A DNA stretch of 64,000 nucleotides from assembly GCA_963666275.2 (NCBI GenBank), contig CAXXOA010000003.1, forward strand, positions 96,001-160,000. Reading direction: 5' to 3'. Positions within the stretch are counted from its first letter, which is position 1, and each line of letters opens with the position of its first letter. Below the pieces are notes generated by a model, which was given only the letters and a program-made list of their open reading frames with translations, had not been told where the DNA came from and ran no database searches. A program made the translations under genes and the position numbers. This stretch comes from Oceanispirochaeta sp. (lineage in GTDB: Bacteria; Spirochaetota; Spirochaetia; DSM-2461). Shown piece after piece: positions 1 through 9,831 of the stretch.

Positions 1-2
1 CC

Positions 3-1133
3 ACTCCTTTCGGTACCCACAGCAACGCCATGGCGGTCAGGAGTGACTGGCCCGAGCTGGTGTCAATTATCAACAAAGGGCTGGAACGTATGACGAAAGA
101 GGAGAAAAATGCCATTTTCGGTCAGTATTATTCTGTGGAATATGACTACGGCATAGGTCCTCAGACTGTATTGAAGTGGCTTCTGATTGCCTTTCCTGGG
201 CTATTTATCATCGCCTATACGGTTATCCATTCCTACAGAAAAATGAATCGGGAGATCCATTCCAGAGGGGTCCTTCATGGAGAGCTTTCCGATTATATCG
301 ATCTGGTGGATCATAATGTGCTCTCTCTGAAGTGCCGCCCCGACTGGATCATTACCAAGGTTTCCGAGGCTTTCTGCACCTTGAGCGGATACAGTGAAAA
401 GGAAATTCTGGGCCGCCGGCTCAAAGACTTTCTCAATCCCGATACCTCCGAAGAGTGGCTTGAAGAGTGCCGGCAGAAGCTGAAGCAGGGGGAGTCTCTC
501 GAGGGGGAGCTCCAGACCAGAAAAAAAGAAGGCCCCTGCTTCTGGGTGAAGTACTCCATGTTTCCCGATCATCCCCGGGAGGGGGAGGACCAGGGATACA
601 CGCTTCTCGGCCAGGATATAAGCGATAAGAAAATCATAGAAGCTCTTTCCATCCGGGATAAACTGACAGGCCTTTTCAACCGTCTGAAGCTGGATGATGT
701 TTTTTCCTATGAAATCCGCCTATCCCGAAGGCATGAAAGAGCTCTTTCCATTATTCTGTCCGATCTGGACGGATTTAAGCAGATCAATGACAGTTACGGG
801 CACAGCACCGGAGACCGCTACCTTTATCAGTACGGACAGATTTTAAATTCCTGCATCCGCTGCTCCGATACCCTGGGGCGCTGGGGAGGCGATGAGTTTC
901 TGATTATATGCCCGGATCTGCCGGAAGAGCAGACTCCCGGTGTTCTCAGGAAGCTCCAGAATGCTCTTGAGAAGAACCATTTTGAGGGCATCGGTCCCAT
1001 CTCCGCCAGTTTCGGTGCGGCTTCCTTCCGGGAGGGGGACGATGAGGTTGAAATGCTCAACCGGGCGGATAAGGAACTTTACAGGAATAAGTCCCGCAGA
1101 TCAGCCGGGCCAGAAAAGGAACAGGAAGGGTAG
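3..1133 (+). CDS. Membrane-anchored PAS-GGDEF diguanylate cyclase, 5' part outside the window (C-terminal end of a probable periplasmic binding domain visible)
   Basis: Frame is open from position 3. One TM segment, PAS-like region, 'DKLTGLFNR', 'DLDGFKQINDSYGH', RxxD I-site (RCSD) and intact GGDEF. Confidence 0.9.
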   Translation, partial: TPFGTHSNAMAVRSDWPELVSIINKGLERMTKEEKNAIFGQYYSVEYDYGIGPQTVLKWLLIAFPGLFIIAYTVIHSYRKMNREIHSRGVLHGELSDYIDLVDHNVLSLKCRPDWIITKVSEAFCTLSGYSEKEILGRRLKDFLNPDTSEEWLEECRQKLKQGESLEGELQTRKKEGPCFWVKYSMFPDHPREGEDQGYTLLGQDISDKKIIEALSIRDKLTGLFNRLKLDDVFSYEIRLSRRHERALSIILSDLDGFKQINDSYGHSTGDRYLYQYGQILNSCIRCSDTLGRWGGDEFLIICPDLPEEQTPGVLRKLQNALEKNHFEGIGPISASFGAASFREGDDEVEMLNRADKELYRNKSRRSAGPEKEQEG

Positions 1134-2033
1134 AAAAAGCAGATAAAACACTGTGGAGACCGCTATGGCATGGGCGGTGATCTCCGAGTCGAGGCTGAAT
1201 ATATCTGTCAGGATCAGTGATGCCACTCCCAGCGGGGCCAGAGCATTTATGATAAGCACCTGCCTCGAATAGGCATCGAACAGAGGAATCCGGATTACTA
1301 ACAGGATAATTGCTATCCAGACTGCCAGGCGGACAATAAGAAACAGGATAAAGGGTTTCACCGATTTGAAGGCTTCTCCCAGGGATATGGAGAGGCCCAT
1401 TCCAAAGAGTATGACGGGAATGCCCATATTGCCGAAGGTTCCTGTTACGGATGTGAGCCATTCGGGAAGAGGCAGCTGTGTGATCCCTATAAACAGCCCG
1501 AGAAGGATCATGCTGAGCATGGCCAGTATATTTCTGGCAATCTCTTTCCTGTCGAAATCTTTTTTCTTATCAAGGCCCATAACCTTTACAGTCAGAAGAC
1601 CGTAAAGGAACGTGGCCGGCCAGTAGAAGGAAGTAAAAAAGAGCCCCCGCTGCATCCCTTCCGGTCCAATGAGGATATTCTGGATCTGCCAGCAGATGTA
1701 TCCCACATTCCCTCCGAAAAAGAGAAAACTCATCTCGGCTTTGTAAGTCTGCAGCCATGTGAGGCGGGGCGTGAAGCGGAGTATCAGAAGAAACAGGCAC
1801 CAGGCCGCCCCCATAACAAAAAATATGCCCAGCGACATGGGCAGGAACTGACCGGCCGTGGTGGCTGTCATTTTTCTCAGGGATTCAAACGCCATAACAG
1901 GCAGGGCTATCCGGATGGCAAATTTCTGGATAACCGGTCGGTCTTCCGCTTTTATATAGCCGGTAGCTCTGCAGATCATCCCCATTATGATTGGTATAAA
2001 TATGCCGCTCAGGGCCTTGATTATCAGGTTCAT
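1101..2033 (-). CDS. AEC (auxin efflux carrier) family transporter
   Basis: 310 aa, about 10 hydrophobic segments, 'IALPVMAF', 'GGNVGY', 'PVILFGMGLSI' typical of AEC/malate permeases. Confidence 0.8.
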   Translation of the reverse strand: MNLIIKALSGIFIPIIMGMICRATGYIKAEDRPVIQKFAIRIALPVMAFESLRKMTATTAGQFLPMSLGIFFVMGAAWCLFLLILRFTPRLTWLQTYKAEMSFLFFGGNVGYICWQIQNILIGPEGMQRGLFFTSFYWPATFLYGLLTVKVMGLDKKKDFDRKEIARNILAMLSMILLGLFIGITQLPLPEWLTSVTGTFGNMGIPVILFGMGLSISLGEAFKSVKPFILFLIVRLAVWIAIILLVIRIPLFDAYSRQVLIINALAPLGVASLILTDIFSLDSEITAHAIAVSTVFYLLFLPFLFLFWPG

Positions 2034-2163
2034 AGGTTTTCATTGAATCTTTTATCCAGATTCGGGTCAAGTAGAGAAGAAAAATAAATTCTTTCTTGTA
2101 TCCTCTCAGATAAAAAACTAGCATTCATTATAAGGGAGCTGAACTTCCTCACAGGATAAAGGA

Positions 2164-4269
2164 ATGAAACTATTAAAAAAGTATCTGATTCTCTGTTTCT
2201 CCGCCGGAACTCTGCCCATTCTATTTATAATTTTCAGTATGCCCGAAATTTCAAGCCCCTACAGAAAATCCTGGGCGATCATTCTGATCCTCTGTTTTGT
2301 GGCCATAACTCTCATTCTGGCAATATCATTTCTGTCGGGGAGAAGTTTTCACAGAAGGTTCAGGAACATCCTCCGGTCCGTGGAAAATCTGACGTCCCTT
2401 GAAAAGCTTGATCCCTTCGTCGATGAAGGAAATGATGAGCTCGCCGAACTTGTATTCAGTCTGAACGAGTCTTTCCGTAAACTTCTGAAACTCCGTCATG
2501 AAAATGAGATCGCCATCCGTTCTCTCAAAAAAAGCAATGACCATCTGAGCGAGAGCAATCAGAGGTATCAGCTGGCAGTAGACGGAGCCAACGATGCGAT
2601 CTGGGACTGGGATATTCAATCGGATCAGCTCTATATCTCCCACCGGTGGCATGAGTTTCTCGGTTTGAAAGATACCGAAAAGATGGACACCATGCAGGCC
2701 TGGCTGGAGGCAATCCTCCCTCAGGACAGGGACGGGGTTCGGCAGGGGCTGCGGGATCATCTGAATGGGGAAACCCCCCTCTTTTCTGCGGAATACCGAA
2801 TCATAAACCGCATTACCGGTCTGAAATGGATTCTTACAAGGGGGCTGGCTTTCCGCAATGAACAGGGAATTGATATCCGGATGGCCGGATCTCACACGGA
2901 TATCACCAACAGCAGACGCCTTCAGGAACGTCTGCAGTACAATGCCTTTCATGATGATCTGACAAATCTTCCCAACCGTATGAAGCTGCGGGAGAGGATT
3001 CAGGATGTCCTTTTGAGAGCCGAGAGGGATCCGAACTTCAGCTTCACCCTGCTTTATCTGGACTTTGACGGTTTCAAGCATATCAATGATTCATTCGGTC
3101 ATAATACGGGAGACATGCTCCTGAAATCCATTGCCGAAAGGCTGACATTCTGTACGAGACCCCTGGATCTGGTATCCCGGATCGGGGGAGATGAATTTGT
3201 CATTCTTCTGGACGGCATCTCCGATCAGGATCATATCACAAAAGTCCTGGACAGGATCAATTCCCAGATCAGCAAACCCTTTCTGATAGACGGAAGGACC
3301 ATTTTCATCTCCGCCAGTATCGGTGTGAACACCCTGGACAGAGAATGCACAAAGCAGCCTGACGAACTGATCCAGAGGGCGGACATTGCCATGTATCATG
3401 CGAAAAACAGAGGCAAAGCCCGGGCTGTCTTTTATGAATCCTCCATGGGGAGCTGTGAAAAACGAAGGTTCCTCCTCGAAAACGATATGCACAAAGCCCT
3501 GGGAAGTCAGGCCATGCATATCCATTATCAGCCTGTCGTGGCTGCGCGGACGGGAGCTCTCTACGGCATGGAAGCTCTTCTCCGCTGGGACCATCAGGAC
3601 CATGGCATGATCTCTCCGGGGGAGTTTATTCCCATAGCCGAGGAAACAGGTTTCATCAACAGGATTACCCAGTGGCTACTGCTGGAGGTCTGCCGGCAGG
3701 CCTGCCTTCTCAACAGAGATGCCCTGCTGCCTATCCGTTGCGCCATTAATGTTTCCTCCAAGGATTTCCACTGCAGCGAGGGGCTGGATATTCTGATCGG
3801 GAAAGCCATGGAGCAGACTGGCTGCTCTCCCGAGTGGATTGCCATTGAGGTTACCGAAGGGGTGCTTATAAAGGATTTTGAGCTGGTGTCTCTTCAGCTG
3901 AAGAGGATTGATGAGATGGGGATCATCATTGAACTGGACGATTTCGGAACCGGCTATTCCTCCCTTTCCTATCTGAATAAATTCCCTCTGAAAATTCTCA
4001 AAGTCGACCGGTCCTTTATCATGACCATGGAGGAGTCCTCCTCCAGTCTGAAACTGGTCCAGACCATTATCCACATGGCAAAAGATCTGGGAATGAAAAC
4101 CATTGCCGAAGGGGTGGAAACCGGGGGACAGCTGGAATCTCTTGTCAATCTGGGCTGCGATTATATACAGGGATTTTATATTTCCAAGCCTCTGAACAGA
4201 GAAACTCTCCCGGGCTTCCTTGCCCGGTTCAACCGCAATGACGCCGGTGCTTATTATTCCTACATGTGA
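2164..4269 (+). CDS. 2TM-HAMP-PAS-GGDEF-EAL c-di-GMP signalling protein
   Basis: 'GNDELAEL' HAMP, 'GANDAIWDWD' PAS_3, RPLD I-site plus GGDEF, 'EALLRW', 'LDDFGTGYSSLSYL', 'AEGVET'. Confidence 0.95.
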   Translation: MKLLKKYLILCFSAGTLPILFIIFSMPEISSPYRKSWAIILILCFVAITLILAISFLSGRSFHRRFRNILRSVENLTSLEKLDPFVDEGNDELAELVFSLNESFRKLLKLRHENEIAIRSLKKSNDHLSESNQRYQLAVDGANDAIWDWDIQSDQLYISHRWHEFLGLKDTEKMDTMQAWLEAILPQDRDGVRQGLRDHLNGETPLFSAEYRIINRITGLKWILTRGLAFRNEQGIDIRMAGSHTDITNSRRLQERLQYNAFHDDLTNLPNRMKLRERIQDVLLRAERDPNFSFTLLYLDFDGFKHINDSFGHNTGDMLLKSIAERLTFCTRPLDLVSRIGGDEFVILLDGISDQDHITKVLDRINSQISKPFLIDGRTIFISASIGVNTLDRECTKQPDELIQRADIAMYHAKNRGKARAVFYESSMGSCEKRRFLLENDMHKALGSQAMHIHYQPVVAARTGALYGMEALLRWDHQDHGMISPGEFIPIAEETGFINRITQWLLLEVCRQACLLNRDALLPIRCAINVSSKDFHCSEGLDILIGKAMEQTGCSPEWIAIEVTEGVLIKDFELVSLQLKRIDEMGIIIELDDFGTGYSSLSYLNKFPLKILKVDRSFIMTMEESSSSLKLVQTIIHMAKDLGMKTIAEGVETGGQLESLVNLGCDYIQGFYISKPLNRETLPGFLARFNRNDAGAYYSYM

Positions 4270-4372
4270 AAGCACTCTGTTATTTTTTTGAAAGTTTCAA
4301 ACAGCTTTTCTTTACTCTTCAGAAGAGACGTTTTTTGTTTTCATAGAGGCGAAAACCTGTATAATATGCTCT

Positions 4373-5887
4373 ATGGAAAGATTAATTCTCGCCCATGATC
4401 TGGGCACATCAGGTAATAAAGCAAGCCTCTTCTCCGAGTCTGGAGAACTGATCGGCAGTTGTACAGAATCCTACGGAACAGAATATATGCCCCAGGCACG
4501 GGCGGAACAGAACCCCGAAGACTGGTGGCGGGCAGTCAGGGACTCCACAGCCAGGCTCCTGGCGGGAATAGACGATAAGAACAGAATCAGTGTCATCTCA
4601 TTCAGCGGCCAGATGCAGGGCTGTCTCTGTGTGGATAAAAAAGGGAATCCTCTGAGGAACTCCCTTATCTACAGTGATCAGAGGAGCGGAGAACAGGCTG
4701 CCACCCTGGTGGAGAAACTGGGAGCCTATCCCTTCTTCCAGATGACAGGGCACAAGGCCAGTTCCTCCTACTCTCTGAGCAAGCTCATGTGGATCCGGGA
4801 CAATGAACCGGAGATTTTCCGCCATACCCATAAAATGCTTCAGGCAAAGGATTATATCACCCTTAAAATGACAGGCAACTTCATTGCGGAATACAACGAC
4901 GCTTCAGGAACCAATGCAATGGACCTGAAATCGCTGAACTGGTCTGATACCATCCTGGACGCCGCCGGAATAGACAGGGCCCTTCTGCCTGATCTTCTGC
5001 CTTCCGACGGAATCGCCGGAACTCTGCTGCCCGACGTTGCCCGGGAGCTGGGCCTTCCCGAAGGAATTCCAGTGGTTGCCGGAGCCGGAGACGGCGGCTG
5101 TGCCACCATCGGAATCGGATGCGTGGCTCCGGGGATTTCCTACAACTGTCTGGGGTCCTCCTCCTGGATCTCTACAGCCAGTACTGAACCTCTGAAAGAT
5201 CCGGAAATGAAGACCTTTACCTGGGCCCATCCTGTCACAGGACTCTATCAGCCCTGCGGAACCATGCAGACTGCCGGTTCGGCTCTGGCCTGGTTGAAAA
5301 GGGAGCTGGGAGGAGATCTGAAGGGAGAAGCCGAAAAAACCGGTCAGTCTTTCTATGCTCTCCTTGACCGGGCGATAGAGGGTGCAGAACCCGGAGCGGG
5401 CGGGCTGCTCTTTCTGCCCTATCTTCTGGGAGAACGGTCTCCCTGGTGGAACAGTCAGGCCAAGGGAGTTTTCCTGGGATTGAGTCTGCATACAAGCTAT
5501 GCCCAGATTGCCAGGGCTGTGATGGAGGGAATCTCCATGAATCTGGGGCTCATCAAAGATATCATGAGCCGGGAAATGCCCATGAACTCTCTCAGACTGA
5601 TGGGGGGAGGAGCCGCCAGCGGGGTGTGGAATTCCATCCTGGCTGATGTGTTCGGAGTTCCCGTGGAAATCCCCAATCACCTGGAGGAAGCCACATCCAT
5701 GGGAGCGGCCATCATCGGAGGTGTCGGGGCTGAAATCTTTAAAGATTTTTCCGCTGCCGAAAGGTTTGTAAAGATTACCGACGTGATAGAGCCTGATAAA
5801 AACAGGGCTGACTACTACAGGGAGAGAATCAAAGTTTTCGCCAGGGCCTTTGAAACCATAGAACCCCTCTTTCCGGATCTGTCCTGA
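4373..5887 (+). CDS. xylB: Xylulokinase / FGGY-family carbohydrate kinase
   Basis: 'HDLGTSGNKA', 'SGQMQG', 'DASGT', 'FLPYLLGERSPWW', 'GGGAAS'. Exact sugar is not provable from sequence. Confidence 0.8.
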   Translation: MERLILAHDLGTSGNKASLFSESGELIGSCTESYGTEYMPQARAEQNPEDWWRAVRDSTARLLAGIDDKNRISVISFSGQMQGCLCVDKKGNPLRNSLIYSDQRSGEQAATLVEKLGAYPFFQMTGHKASSSYSLSKLMWIRDNEPEIFRHTHKMLQAKDYITLKMTGNFIAEYNDASGTNAMDLKSLNWSDTILDAAGIDRALLPDLLPSDGIAGTLLPDVARELGLPEGIPVVAGAGDGGCATIGIGCVAPGISYNCLGSSSWISTASTEPLKDPEMKTFTWAHPVTGLYQPCGTMQTAGSALAWLKRELGGDLKGEAEKTGQSFYALLDRAIEGAEPGAGGLLFLPYLLGERSPWWNSQAKGVFLGLSLHTSYAQIARAVMEGISMNLGLIKDIMSREMPMNSLRLMGGGAASGVWNSILADVFGVPVEIPNHLEEATSMGAAIIGGVGAEIFKDFSAAERFVKITDVIEPDKNRADYYRERIKVFARAFETIEPLFPDLS

Positions 5888-5901
5888 TAAACGGGGGGAT
5901 C

Positions 5902-6258
5902 CTACCAGAGTTCCGGATCTCCGGCCATGCTCCGGAGGATCCCTCCCCATTTCTGGGAAACCGGATCTTCCTGTCTGAGCCAGAGATGGGAAAAAGCGGC
6001 GAATATTTCCCTTTTATCATTTCTGTGGGATCCTTTCAGGATCCCTGTTTTTTCTTCCGTATGCATAACCCAGACAGGTCCGCCGTCTTTTTCATATACA
6101 AGGGCATTATACAGAGCCACATAGGGGGCTCCCAGCCAGACAAGCCGGAGGGAGCCGTTGGTGTAGATTCTCTCTCCTGTCAGGTAATTGAGTACTTTGG
6201 AAAACTGTTCATCCGCCCAGACTTCTCCGGGGGGGACATTTTCATTCTGTGTCAGCAT
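5902..6258 (-). CDS. Hypothetical protein (~118 aa)
   Basis: ORF fills the gap between xylB and the next gene. GGAGG RBS lies 7 nt before the ATG at 6258. Confidence 0.6.
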   Translation of the reverse strand: MLTQNENVPPGEVWADEQFSKVLNYLTGERIYTNGSLRLVWLGAPYVALYNALVYEKDGGPVWVMHTEEKTGILKGSHRNDKREIFAAFSHLWLRQEDPVSQKWGGILRSMAGDPELW

Positions 6259-6525
6259 TTTCTGACCTCCTGTCATTTTAAATGCAAGAGTAATGCCAGC
6301 CATCTCCAGGGGAGACTCGGGGGAAAAGGGAGAGTGAATCTGACAGGATTGTAGGAAAAATCTCTGTTTTTACCATTTGGTTTCTGATTCACTGCAAAAA
6401 ATCAGCTGAAACTTTTCTCTGAGAGTCTTTCCTGTGATAGTATGAGAAAGATGCCCCGGTTCAGTTTTCAGACCGGTAAACGGGTTTGACAGCAGTTTAA
6501 GACTTTGTACTACAGGAGAGGAAAT

Positions 6526-6936
6526 ATGGGATATGAGTATTTATGGCGCATCCATGCCGTGTTAATGGCTTCATCTTTTCTGGCCATGGTAACCGGGATT
6601 GTGGTCTCCCTTTTGTTCAAAAAGAAAAAATGGCGTTTTAAAGTGCATAAAAGGCTGGGGATTTATGCCGGGTCTTCCGGGATTGCCGCACTGGTAATTG
6701 CCGGGACCATGGTGCAGATTTACAATGGTGTCCATTTTACCTCGCTCCATGCCCTATTGGGAGGAATCTCCGCTGTGCTTCTTATCGTGACTCCCCAGCT
6801 CGGGCTTGCCATTATGAGAGTCAAAAAGAAAAAGCCTGTCAGGTTAATTCATAAAACCCTGGGGTACGTCACTGCCCTTATGATGGGCCTTACAATTTTT
6901 TCAGGCTTGCTGTTTATGGGGATTCTCGGAGTTTAA
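6526..6936 (+). CDS. Small 4-TM cytochrome b561-like (DUF4079-like) membrane protein
   Basis: Four hydrophobic helices each carrying a His (IHAVLM, VHKRLG, LHALLG, IHKTLG). AGGAGAGG RBS before ATG 6526. Confidence 0.65.
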   Translation: MGYEYLWRIHAVLMASSFLAMVTGIVVSLLFKKKKWRFKVHKRLGIYAGSSGIAALVIAGTMVQIYNGVHFTSLHALLGGISAVLLIVTPQLGLAIMRVKKKKPVRLIHKTLGYVTALMMGLTIFSGLLFMGILGV

Positions 6937-6968
6937 AAATGGCAGCCCTGAATACAGAACTGCCTTTT
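6935..6968. terminator. Probable bidirectional intrinsic terminator
   Basis: AAAAA-t-GGCAG...CTGCC-TTTT hairpin between convergent genes. Confidence 0.55.
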
Positions 6969-6973
6969 CCTGT

Positions 6974-7618
6974 TTATAGCTCTTTATGACAGAACCACCA
7001 GTCGTATCCGTCGTATTTTTTCAGTCGATCCGCTGCGTCTTTCTGGCTGCCGGGGGGAGGTATGATGACTCTCTTTCCAATCAGTTCATTCTCCGGCCAG
7101 TTGGCAGGTATGGCGACGCCGTTTCGGTCTGATGTGATCATGGCTTTAACAGCTCTTACCACTTCATCAATATTTCTTCCAATCTCCTGAGGATAATATA
7201 GGACCAGTCGGGTTTTGCCTTCCGGATCTATCACAAAAACAGCCCGTACTGTATTGGTTCCCTTGCCGGGATGGAGCATGCCGAGTTGATTGGCGATGCT
7301 ATCGTTTGCGGCAATGACAGGATATGTTATTTCCACATCCAGATTTTCTTTAATCCATTCAATCCATTTGATATGGCTGAAAACCTGATCAACAGACATT
7401 CCTATCAGCTGAACACCCAGCTCATCAAAATCTTTCACTCTGTTCTGAAAGCCTACAAACTCGGTTGTACATACCGGAGTAAAGTCCGCAGGATGGCTGA
7501 ACAGGACAAACCACCTTCCTTTCAAATCACCGGGAAGGTTCATCGGTCCATGGGTCGTATTCACCTGAATCTCAGGGAACGGATCCCCCAGCAGGGGCAT
7601 GTTGAATTCTTTTTCCAT
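6974..7618 (-). CDS. Peroxiredoxin (Prx6-type, with C-terminal WWFC cysteine)
   Basis: '[14 protein letters not shown]' peroxidatic motif, 'YYPQEIGRN', C-terminal 'DWWFCHKEL'. Confidence 0.95.
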   Translation of the reverse strand: MEKEFNMPLLGDPFPEIQVNTTHGPMNLPGDLKGRWFVLFSHPADFTPVCTTEFVGFQNRVKDFDELGVQLIGMSVDQVFSHIKWIEWIKENLDVEITYPVIAANDSIANQLGMLHPGKGTNTVRAVFVIDPEGKTRLVLYYPQEIGRNIDEVVRAVKAMITSDRNGVAIPANWPENELIGKRVIIPPPGSQKDAADRLKKYDGYDWWFCHKEL

Positions 7619-7654
7619 TGTTTTCTCTCCCATAAAATATTTCTTCTATTCGGG

Positions 7655-8083
7655 TTACTTCACAGATGAGCTGATAAACCAGATCTCTTTCCGGAGAAAT
7701 CCGATAGTTTCGGCAAAAAAGGCTTCTGTAACAGCATCATCTGCAGCGGCAGCTTCTTTCCTTGTTATTTCAAACTCTTTAACAAGATATTCAAAACTCT
7801 CTTTGACTTTTGAAAGCACTTCCGCGGTAGTAAACTCTGTTTCTGTCTCTTCTTTGACTTCTGCCAGCTTCATGTACTGGGAAACTGTGACAGGTGGTTT
7901 TTCTCCTTTCATAAGAAGCCCCTCTGCCAGATCATCAAAAAGGACGGCCAGTTTTTCATAGTAGGCTTCAGTCATCTCATGTATGGATTTGAACTGGAGC
8001 CCTTTGACATTCCAGTGGTAGTTGTGAAAATTCACATACATTACGTGAACATCCGCAATGTGCTTATTTATTCTTTCATTCAT
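7655..8083 (-). CDS. dps: Dps / DNA starvation-stationary phase protection ferritin-like protein
   Basis: 'HNYHWNVKGLQFKSIHEMTE', 'DDLAE', 'KEIWF'. GGAGG RBS before ATG 8083. Confidence 0.93.
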   Translation of the reverse strand: MNERINKHIADVHVMYVNFHNYHWNVKGLQFKSIHEMTEAYYEKLAVLFDDLAEGLLMKGEKPPVTVSQYMKLAEVKEETETEFTTAEVLSKVKESFEYLVKEFEITRKEAAAADDAVTEAFFAETIGFLRKEIWFISSSVK

Positions 8084-8105
8084 AGTTAGCCTCCATTTAC
8101 AATAT

Positions 8106-8121
8106 TGCAATTGGTATGCCA
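8106..8121 (-). promoter_or_regulatory. Sigma-54 (-24/-12) promoter for dps-peroxiredoxin
   Basis: Minus strand reads TGGCAT-ACCAA-TTGCA (GG-N10-GC), 22 nt upstream of the dps ATG and divergent from a sigma-54 activator. Confidence 0.85.
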
Positions 8122-8272
8122 TATTTTTCAAACTGAGCCCAAATATATTCCTTTCGATTTCGATTTGTTTTAAAGACATATAATATAAACAAATAGAACT
8201 TTTGTGGTTTCTTGTAGAACTGGATGGCGTGGGAGATGGTTTTTAATGAAATAAAGGAGTAAATTGTGATAT

Positions 8273-8325
8273 ACTGAAATATCGGTTAATGGAAAACGAA
8301 ATATCGGTGTTTGCGATATTTCGGT
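8273..8325. promoter_or_regulatory. Three candidate enhancer (UAS) sites for the adjacent activator
   Basis: ACTGAAATATCGGT (8273-8286), AACGAAATATCGGT (8295-8308), TGCGATATTTCGGT (8312-8325). Shared near-palindrome CGA-wATw-TCG. Confidence 0.7.
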
Positions 8326-8348
8326 ATCTATCCCGAGGAGGTGCCTTT

Positions 8349-9827
8349 ATGCCGTCCCATTTACTGCTGGAAAGTCCTGCGGAAGAATTCCTGCAGATCA
8401 TTCTCAATGCCCTGAAAGACCTAGTGGATTATGAACTGGCAGTGATTCTCAAGTTCCGGGATGCTACCACCCTGGATGTTCAGAAAGCTGACGGCCCTCT
8501 TCTGAATGAAAAAATCGCCCGATTCAGTATTGATCTGGAAAACCGGAAGGATCTGGCTGAACTGATAAACAGGAAACAGCCCTATGTCTTTCCCGAGGAT
8601 CAGGACCATGTGGATACCTATGAGGAAATTCTGGATCTGCCGGAAGGTCACTCCTGTATGATTGCTCCTCTCCATCTGGAGGACTCTCCTGTGGGGCTGC
8701 TCACTCTGGATCATCGGGTCTGCCGCAAATATACACCAGATGTTGTGCGGTTTATCGGCTCTATCTCCCGTCTGATCTCTATTATTCTCTCTCAGAATGA
8801 TACCTCTCGCTATCTGCTGGAACAGAGCCGGAAACTCACTGAAGAGAGGAATCTCCTTCTTCAGATGGATGATGAAAGGTTTCGGAGAGTTATAGGCCGT
8901 TCCGCTCCCTGGCAGGCTGTTCTGGATTCTGTAAAGATTGTTGCCGGATCGGATCTGTCTGTTCTGATACAGGGCGAGACCGGTACGGGAAAAGAGGAGA
9001 TTGCCCGGCTGGTTCATCGGCTCAGTTCCCGGAAAGACGGCCCTTTTATTGCCCTGAACTGCTCGGCTCTTTCTCCCTCTCTGGCGGAAAGTGAACTTTT
9101 CGGCCATGAAAAAGGGGCTTTTACAGGGGCCTACAGCCGGAAGAAAGGACGATTTGAACTGGCTCATGGGGGCACCCTCTTTCTGGATGAGATCGGAGAC
9201 CTTCCCGCTGAGCTGCAGCCCAAAATCCTCCGGGCTTTGCAGGAGGGGGTATATGAGCGTGTCGGAGGGGAGGAGTCGGTATTCAGCAATGTCCGGGTTA
9301 TAGCTGCCAGTCATGTGGACCTAGCCGGGGCCGTGGAGAACAGGAGTTTTCGGGAAGACCTCTTTTACAGGCTCAGTGAGTACCCCGTCTATCTTCCTTC
9401 ACTGCGGGAAAGAGGGGATGATGTCATCCTTCTGGCGGAATATTTTGTGAACAACCTGAGAAAAGAGGGAGACTATCCTTTTCTTCAGATAGACAGAGGT
9501 GCTCTGGATGCTCTGGCTTCTTATAAATGGCCCGGTAATGTGAGGGAGCTGTACAATTATATCCGGAGAGGCGCGGTCCTCTCCGGGGGAACCAAGATCA
9601 GGAGAGAACACCTTTTTAGCGGGAATCACCTGCCTGAAACATCCAGTCCTCCTCCTGCCTCCATGATGACTCTCGATGACGCGATCGCCTCCCATATCAG
9701 AGCCGCTCTGCAGGAGTGCGGAGGGAAAATCTATGGACCGGGGGGGGCGGCAGAAAGGCTGGATGTCAAACCGTCCACATTGCAGAGCAAAATGAAAAAA
9801 CTCGGAATACACGCGAAAGAACCGTAA
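8349..9827 (+). CDS. NorR-like GAF / sigma-54 AAA+ / Fis-HTH transcriptional activator
   Basis: GAF with 'DTYEE...HSCMIAPL...GLLTLD', 'GETGTGKE', '[15 protein letters not shown]', 'WPGNVREL', C-terminal HTH. GAGGAGG RBS before ATG 8349. Confidence 0.92.
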   Translation: MPSHLLLESPAEEFLQIILNALKDLVDYELAVILKFRDATTLDVQKADGPLLNEKIARFSIDLENRKDLAELINRKQPYVFPEDQDHVDTYEEILDLPEGHSCMIAPLHLEDSPVGLLTLDHRVCRKYTPDVVRFIGSISRLISIILSQNDTSRYLLEQSRKLTEERNLLLQMDDERFRRVIGRSAPWQAVLDSVKIVAGSDLSVLIQGETGTGKEEIARLVHRLSSRKDGPFIALNCSALSPSLAESELFGHEKGAFTGAYSRKKGRFELAHGGTLFLDEIGDLPAELQPKILRALQEGVYERVGGEESVFSNVRVIAASHVDLAGAVENRSFREDLFYRLSEYPVYLPSLRERGDDVILLAEYFVNNLRKEGDYPFLQIDRGALDALASYKWPGNVRELYNYIRRGAVLSGGTKIRREHLFSGNHLPETSSPPPASMMTLDDAIASHIRAALQECGGKIYGPGGAAERLDVKPSTLQSKMKKLGIHAKEP

Positions 9828-9831
9828 AATC

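Noticed and set aside
8084..8179. Upstream extension of the dps ORF (and of the activator ORF from 8289)
   Set aside because: Runs through the sigma-54 promoter or enhancer sites. Better RBS-supported starts exist at 8083 and 8349.
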